Below are positions 39,827 through 43,180 of a stretch of 43,180 nucleotides of DNA, piece by piece (the stretch's first letter is position 1; each line of letters opens with the position of its first letter). Source of the stretch: a virus. A model generated the notes under the pieces. That model was given only the letters and a program-made list of their open reading frames with translations. It was not told the DNA's origin and did not search any database. The stretch is taken from the IMG/VR virus record IMGVR_UViG_3300045591_000031; one strand, given 5' to 3'. The position numbers and the translations under genes are program-made.

Positions 39827-41436
39827 TAAATCACCCCCAGACTAATTGCGCTGATACTGATCTCTCCTGTGGCCTTGCCTGCAGTGATTCTGATCTTGAC
39901 TGCAGCGGACCACTTGTCGGCTGTCTTGGAGTTGTTGTTAAAAGTGTGAATGGAGTCAGGTGTGTAAGACTCCCATGCTGGAGAGGCATCCTCAGCATTG
40001 TTGCAAACCCACATCTCCGCAGTCGCCTTGCTGTCAATGCTATCCTGAAGGAAGACGCTGATGCTGGTCGGCTGGCTATCGAGGTCATATGGCAGAGTCT
40101 GCACCTCCAGGACGTTCCCGATCTTGATCCTGATAGCCGGTGAGTAGGATGGTGTCAGAGATCCTGCGTCTGTAGAAACTGCCCTCACATAGACCTCTGT
40201 CCCCAGGGTCTGTCCGGTGACTTTGATCCGGATGCGCTTTCCAGCATCATCATTGGTGACCGTCTCTGCGCTTTTCCAGGTGTTTGTCGAGGTGTCATAA
40301 ACCTCTGCTCCCGTGTACTCTTTGACGGAGGCAAAGTCCGAAGAGGCTGAGACCTGCACCTTGAGCGTCTGTGCATCCTTTTCTGCGTCAGTGCCGGTGA
40401 CTATTTCTGTGTAAAATTCTGCAGGCTGCCTGAGTCCTGTCACCAGATTGCTGATGGTAGGCGCTGCAGCAGATGAGTTGGTCTTGTTAAAGGTATACGT
40501 GGCCGTAGTTGCTGCAGCGTTGCTGTCAGTCACTACGACCTTAATGGTATGACTGGCGAGTGACAAGGAGGCCCAGTACTTGCTAAGATCAATCGTGTGT
40601 GACGCGTTCGCGGTGCCGGAAAAGGTCTCAATCTGCGAGTTATCAAGCAGGATGCTTCCGGTCATACTGTCGCCATCGCTGTCAGTCGCTGTTACCGCAA
40701 TTTTAAATGCAGCCTTACAATCGCCGTAATCCTTACTTTGTGGCGAAACCACAGGGGCAGTGTTCAGGATTCGGAGGGCGGGCCGCCACCCGTAGTAATA
40801 GTTGTAACCGTAGTGGTAATTGCTACCCCAGTAGCGCGCGCCGATGTAGCCACGGAGCGGCCTATAGTCAGAACCGTTTGAAGTTTCCGTCTCACTGCAC
40901 CAACTGTAACATCCAGCCCAGTGCCAAAGTGCCCCATTCGCAGAAGTATAGTCGGCAGACGCTAAGTTAGTATCCAGATCTGCGGAGTTTGGCTTTGGCA
41001 GTCCGCTGATATTACCGAGACCTCCGATATAGCGATCCCACTGATTGGATGTATCCGAAGAGGACGTACCTCCCGTCAACATAAAGAGCTCATACTTTGC
41101 GCCGTCAATGGTGATGGTCTTTCCGCTGCCTTTTTTACCGCAGTATCCTAAAGCGTTGAGTCGGTCCCATGTAATATTTACAACCAAATTACGGTCGCAG
41201 ATCAGGAGCCTGTCTGATCCGTCATTGACCTCGACCCATCTAAGCTTATATGCATCAGAGCTATCTGTGTTTCCAATCGTAATTGCAGTGCTGGTGCTGT
41301 TATTGTTATTGTAGATATTACCCGCGGAAGACTGTCCATCAGGGGTACTGTCAGGTCTCCACGGCTTAGTTGGATAAGGCTGCTTGCTTCCACCGCAGTA
41401 GAGCGTTCCAAGTTTGATGATATCGCCTGTAGCCAT
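39826..41436 (-). CDS. DGR target (variable) protein: N-terminal C-type-lectin/FGE-like fold ending in the VR (aa about 193-220), followed by about 316 aa of Ig-like/beta-rich domains (536 aa)
   Basis: Contains the VR. The sequence ...WHWAGCYSWCSE...RPLRGYIGARYWGSNYHYGYNYYYGWRPAL is typical of CLec-fold DGR targets. SD GGAAAGGAG lies 30 nt after the RT stop. Confidence 0.9.
   Translation of the reverse strand: MATGDIIKLGTLYCGGSKQPYPTKPWRPDSTPDGQSSAGNIYNNNNSTSTAITIGNTDSSDAYKLRWVEVNDGSDRLLICDRNLVVNITWDRLNALGYCGKKGSGKTITIDGAKYELFMLTGGTSSSDTSNQWDRYIGGLGNISGLPKPNSADLDTNLASADYTSANGALWHWAGCYSWCSETETSNGSDYRPLRGYIGARYWGSNYHYGYNYYYGWRPALRILNTAPVVSPQSKDYGDCKAAFKIAVTATDSDGDSMTGSILLDNSQIETFSGTANASHTIDLSKYWASLSLASHTIKVVVTDSNAAATTATYTFNKTNSSAAAPTISNLVTGLRQPAEFYTEIVTGTDAEKDAQTLKVQVSASSDFASVKEYTGAEVYDTSTNTWKSAETVTNDDAGKRIRIKVTGQTLGTEVYVRAVSTDAGSLTPSYSPAIRIKIGNVLEVQTLPYDLDSQPTSISVFLQDSIDSKATAEMWVCNNAEDASPAWESYTPDSIHTFNNNSKTADKWSAAVKIRITAGKATGEISISAISLGVI
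40778..40861 (-). repeat. DGR variable repeat (VR), 84 bp
   Basis: 73/84 identical to the TR. All 11 differences are at TR adenines (coding strand). Encodes ...R YWGSNYHYGYNYYY GWRPA. Confidence 0.95.
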
Positions 41437-41466
41437 GCTTTCTCCTTTCCACTAAAAAAGACACTC

Positions 41467-42525
41467 CTAAGAGTGCCTCTTTCCAAATTTCCAATTTTTA
41501 TCCTCTACCTTGACGTAGGGGTACTTAGCAAAAATTTTATTTGCAAGGTTGTAACTGTTGCTGTGCCTTGCGTGTCCGAGCCAGCTATTCACAGACTGTT
41601 GGACTGCCTTCTCATCGATTAAGCCTTCTTTGAGCTTTCTGTCCATTGCCTTGATCCGGCGCTTCATGGCGCGCTTGCTCTGATCTCGGACTAATTTATG
41701 GTCCGTGTAGATTTTAAAGCCTAAAGTGTTGATCCCCTGCCGGATCGGATAAATCTGTGTCTTCTGGTTAAACTTCAGATGCAGGCGATCCTGGACAAAC
41801 TTCCTCATCTTAGCAAGGATTGCCTTGGCTGTCTGCTTGTCCCTGACGACGATTGTGATATCGTCCATATACCGGACGTACCATTTAAGCCCCAGATATC
41901 TCTTGCAGTATTGATCGACCTCGTTGAGATAGATGTTGGCAAAGTCCTGAGAGGTGACGTTTCCAAGCGGGATGCCCCGATCACCCTCCGGACTGCTGTC
42001 TACGATCATATCTAAGAGCCATAGAAAGTCAGCTTCCTGCTTCGGTATCTTTTTCCGGTAAATCCGTTTTAAGACATCCCGGTCGATCGAGTAGAAAAAT
42101 TTCTTCACATCGGCCTTGATGATATAAGGATCATCGTACATATAAGCAGCTGTCCGCATCATGTGCTGGATCCGGTCTACTGCCTTATGCGTGCCTTTAC
42201 CCTCAAGGCATGCGTAAGAGTCCTTGATAAAGACAGGCCTGTAAATTTCCTGCAGCACTAGATGCGTGGAAAACTGCACCAGCTTGTCTATGGTGTGAGG
42301 TGCATGCACCAGACGCGCTTTCGGCTCGTAAACGTAAAACTCGATGTATCGTCCAGGTCGCCACTTCTTTTCCTTAAGGGCTTTCCACAGCTTCGCCAGC
42401 CAGTACTCTTTTGCGCTGGCCAGACGGAAGGACCCAGTCTTATACTTTCTGGATCCCAGCTGAGTCTGCTTATAGGCTCTTTTTAAGTTGTCATAGTCAT
42501 AAACCTGTTCATAAAATGTCGGCAT
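41467..42525 (-). CDS. DGR reverse transcriptase (352 aa)
   Basis: IPLGNVTSQ matches the DGR-specific [I/L]GxxxSQ motif. VRYMDDITIV is the YxDD catalytic box. The protein is compact, with no maturase/endonuclease or retron-type extensions. Confidence 0.95.
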   Translation of the reverse strand: MPTFYEQVYDYDNLKRAYKQTQLGSRKYKTGSFRLASAKEYWLAKLWKALKEKKWRPGRYIEFYVYEPKARLVHAPHTIDKLVQFSTHLVLQEIYRPVFIKDSYACLEGKGTHKAVDRIQHMMRTAAYMYDDPYIIKADVKKFFYSIDRDVLKRIYRKKIPKQEADFLWLLDMIVDSSPEGDRGIPLGNVTSQDFANIYLNEVDQYCKRYLGLKWYVRYMDDITIVVRDKQTAKAILAKMRKFVQDRLHLKFNQKTQIYPIRQGINTLGFKIYTDHKLVRDQSKRAMKRRIKAMDRKLKEGLIDEKAVQQSVNSWLGHARHSNSYNLANKIFAKYPYVKVEDKNWKFGKRHS

Positions 42526-42679
42526 AAAGGCATACTCTCCAGTCTTGGCTTTATGTCATTACTCTTGTGTTTACGCATTGCGAAGGATTACCGCTCCCCT
42601 ATCTGACTTTTATCAGTCTGCCAGGCAAGCCGTAGCCGGCCTGGTCAATCGTGCTTATCACTCTGATACTCTCGATAGC

Positions 42680-42763
42680 GCGGGCCGCCACCCGTTGTTA
42701 TTGTTGTAATTGTTGTGGTTATTGTTATTCCAGTTGCGCGCGCCGATGTAGCCACGGAGCGGC
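42680..42763 (-). repeat. DGR template repeat (TR), 84 bp
   Basis: Non-coding, between avd and RT. The coding-sense strand carries 11 AAY codons (N W N N N N H N N Y N N N N) and 26 adenines. Confidence 0.95.
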
Positions 42764-42791
42764 AGGCAAAACAGCAGTAACCCTATAGGTC

Positions 42792-43139
42792 CTATCTTAA
42801 GGACCGCATCAGCCCTCCGCAGATTCTTCCAAGCTCAGCAAGGCAGGACTGCAGATACCAGGCCTTTTTCTCTGTGATGTATTTCTGGTCTCGCGCCACA
42901 TTGAAAAGTACCTTGAGATACTGGATCTCTGCGTCTATCCGTCTTAAGTACAGCATCTTCTCTTTCTGCATCGCTGTCTTATACAGCGCGCAGTTCCTCA
43001 GGATTCGGTAGTGGGCCTGTTTGATCTCCTGACACAGCGCAAATTTTTCTGCCTGCGGAAAATGCTTAAGCATCGGATAAATTATGGTATTGAGCAGTAT
43101 CTCGGTCTTTTTCTGCAGTTTGAGCGTAAAATCATCCAT
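42792..43139 (-). CDS. avd: Accessory variability determinant (Avd-like four-helix-bundle protein), 115 aa
   Basis: KHFPQAEKFALCQEIKQAHYRILRN matches the FPK.EK..L..Q..RA..S signature of the Avd / S23-IVS four-helix-bundle family. Basic and helical. Start at the ATG at 43139, preceded by GAGGTG (the ORF track begins at a GTG at 43160). Confidence 0.75.
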   Translation of the reverse strand: MDDFTLKLQKKTEILLNTIIYPMLKHFPQAEKFALCQEIKQAHYRILRNCALYKTAMQKEKMLYLRRIDAEIQYLKVLFNVARDQKYITEKKAWYLQSCLAELGRICGGLMRSLR

Positions 43140-43180
43140 TATCATGCACCTCACAGCCACTTATATTATCACACCCCCCC
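43054..43180. repeat. Second copy of the 127-bp terminal overlap
   Basis: Identical to 1..127. Confidence 0.9.

Larger units (their letters stand above)
39826..43139 (-). mobile_element. Diversity-generating retroelement cassette: avd - TR - RT - target (VR)
   Basis: See the component features below. The TR/VR pair shows adenine-only mismatches, the RT has DGR-type motifs, and an Avd-like ORF is present. Confidence 0.95.
1..43180. mobile_element. Complete temperate contractile-tailed phage genome, assembled as a circle (unique length 43,053 bp)
   Basis: The window holds full structural, packaging, replication, lysogeny and lysis modules. Nt 1-127 are identical to 43054-43180. An integrase with an attP-like tRNA fragment and a cI/Cro switch indicate a temperate lifestyle. 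Confidence 0.85.

Noticed and set aside
129-41436. A second VR (additional DGR target) elsewhere, for example in the 229-aa fibre gene
   Set aside because: By eye I found no other copy of the conserved TR flanks (gccacggagcgg or gcgggccgccaccc) outside 40778-40861 and 42680-42763. A computational TR-versus-genome search allowing A-mismatches would confirm this.
41467-42525. Reverse transcriptase as a retron, group II intron or Abi-type RT
   Set aside because: A TR/VR pair with adenine-only mismatches and an Avd gene flank it. The RT has the DGR-type [I/L]GxxxSQ motif. It lacks a maturase/X domain, an endonuclease domain and intron RNA domains, and there is no msr/msd-like inverted repeat pair.
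43054-43180. Terminal 127-bp repeat as a biological direct terminal repeat (DTR packaging)
   Set aside because: An exact length of 127 matches a common assembler k-mer overlap. The repeat cuts through avd. The terminase is lambda GpA/Nu1-like, which predicts cos ends. Only read-terminus data can settle this.

Overview
This window is a complete, circularly closed genome of a temperate phage with a contractile tail. The first 127 nt are identical to the last 127 nt, so the unique length is 43,053 bp. Strong GGAGG-type ribosome-binding sites and an Amidase_3 endolysin suggest a Firmicutes/Clostridia host, but that is inference. Almost all genes lie on the minus strand. In window order they are:
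- a P2/Mu/PBSX-like baseplate and tail block (129-11833)
- lambda/HK97-like head, connector and packaging genes (11837-20098)
- a poorly coding gap that may hold cos (20099-20840)
- a late regulator and small early genes (20841-23633)
- a replication module: SNF2 helicase, VRR-NUC, an origin-like iteron field, VirE-type primase/helicase, family-A polymerase, DUF2815 and DUF2800 (23685-31922)
- small early genes and a Cro-like gene (31915-34265)
- a plus-strand lysogeny module: cI-like repressor, mini-ImmA, membrane protein and tyrosine integrase, followed by an attP that carries a tRNA 3' fragment (34452-37217)
- a two-gene cargo (moron) cassette with its own promoter (37288-38217)
- the lysis genes (38221-39418).

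The standout feature is a complete diversity-generating retroelement (DGR) at 39826-43139. It runs straight on from the tail-fibre gene across the circular junction. It consists of avd, an 84-bp template repeat, a DGR-type reverse transcriptase, and a 536-aa lectin-fold target. The target's 84-bp variable repeat differs from the template at 11 positions, and every one is a template adenine.

Other points worth a second look are a tail hub fused to several cell-wall hydrolase domains, a -1 frameshift in the tail chaperone, two exact tandem duplications, arm-type repeats around attP, and phased repeats upstream of int.
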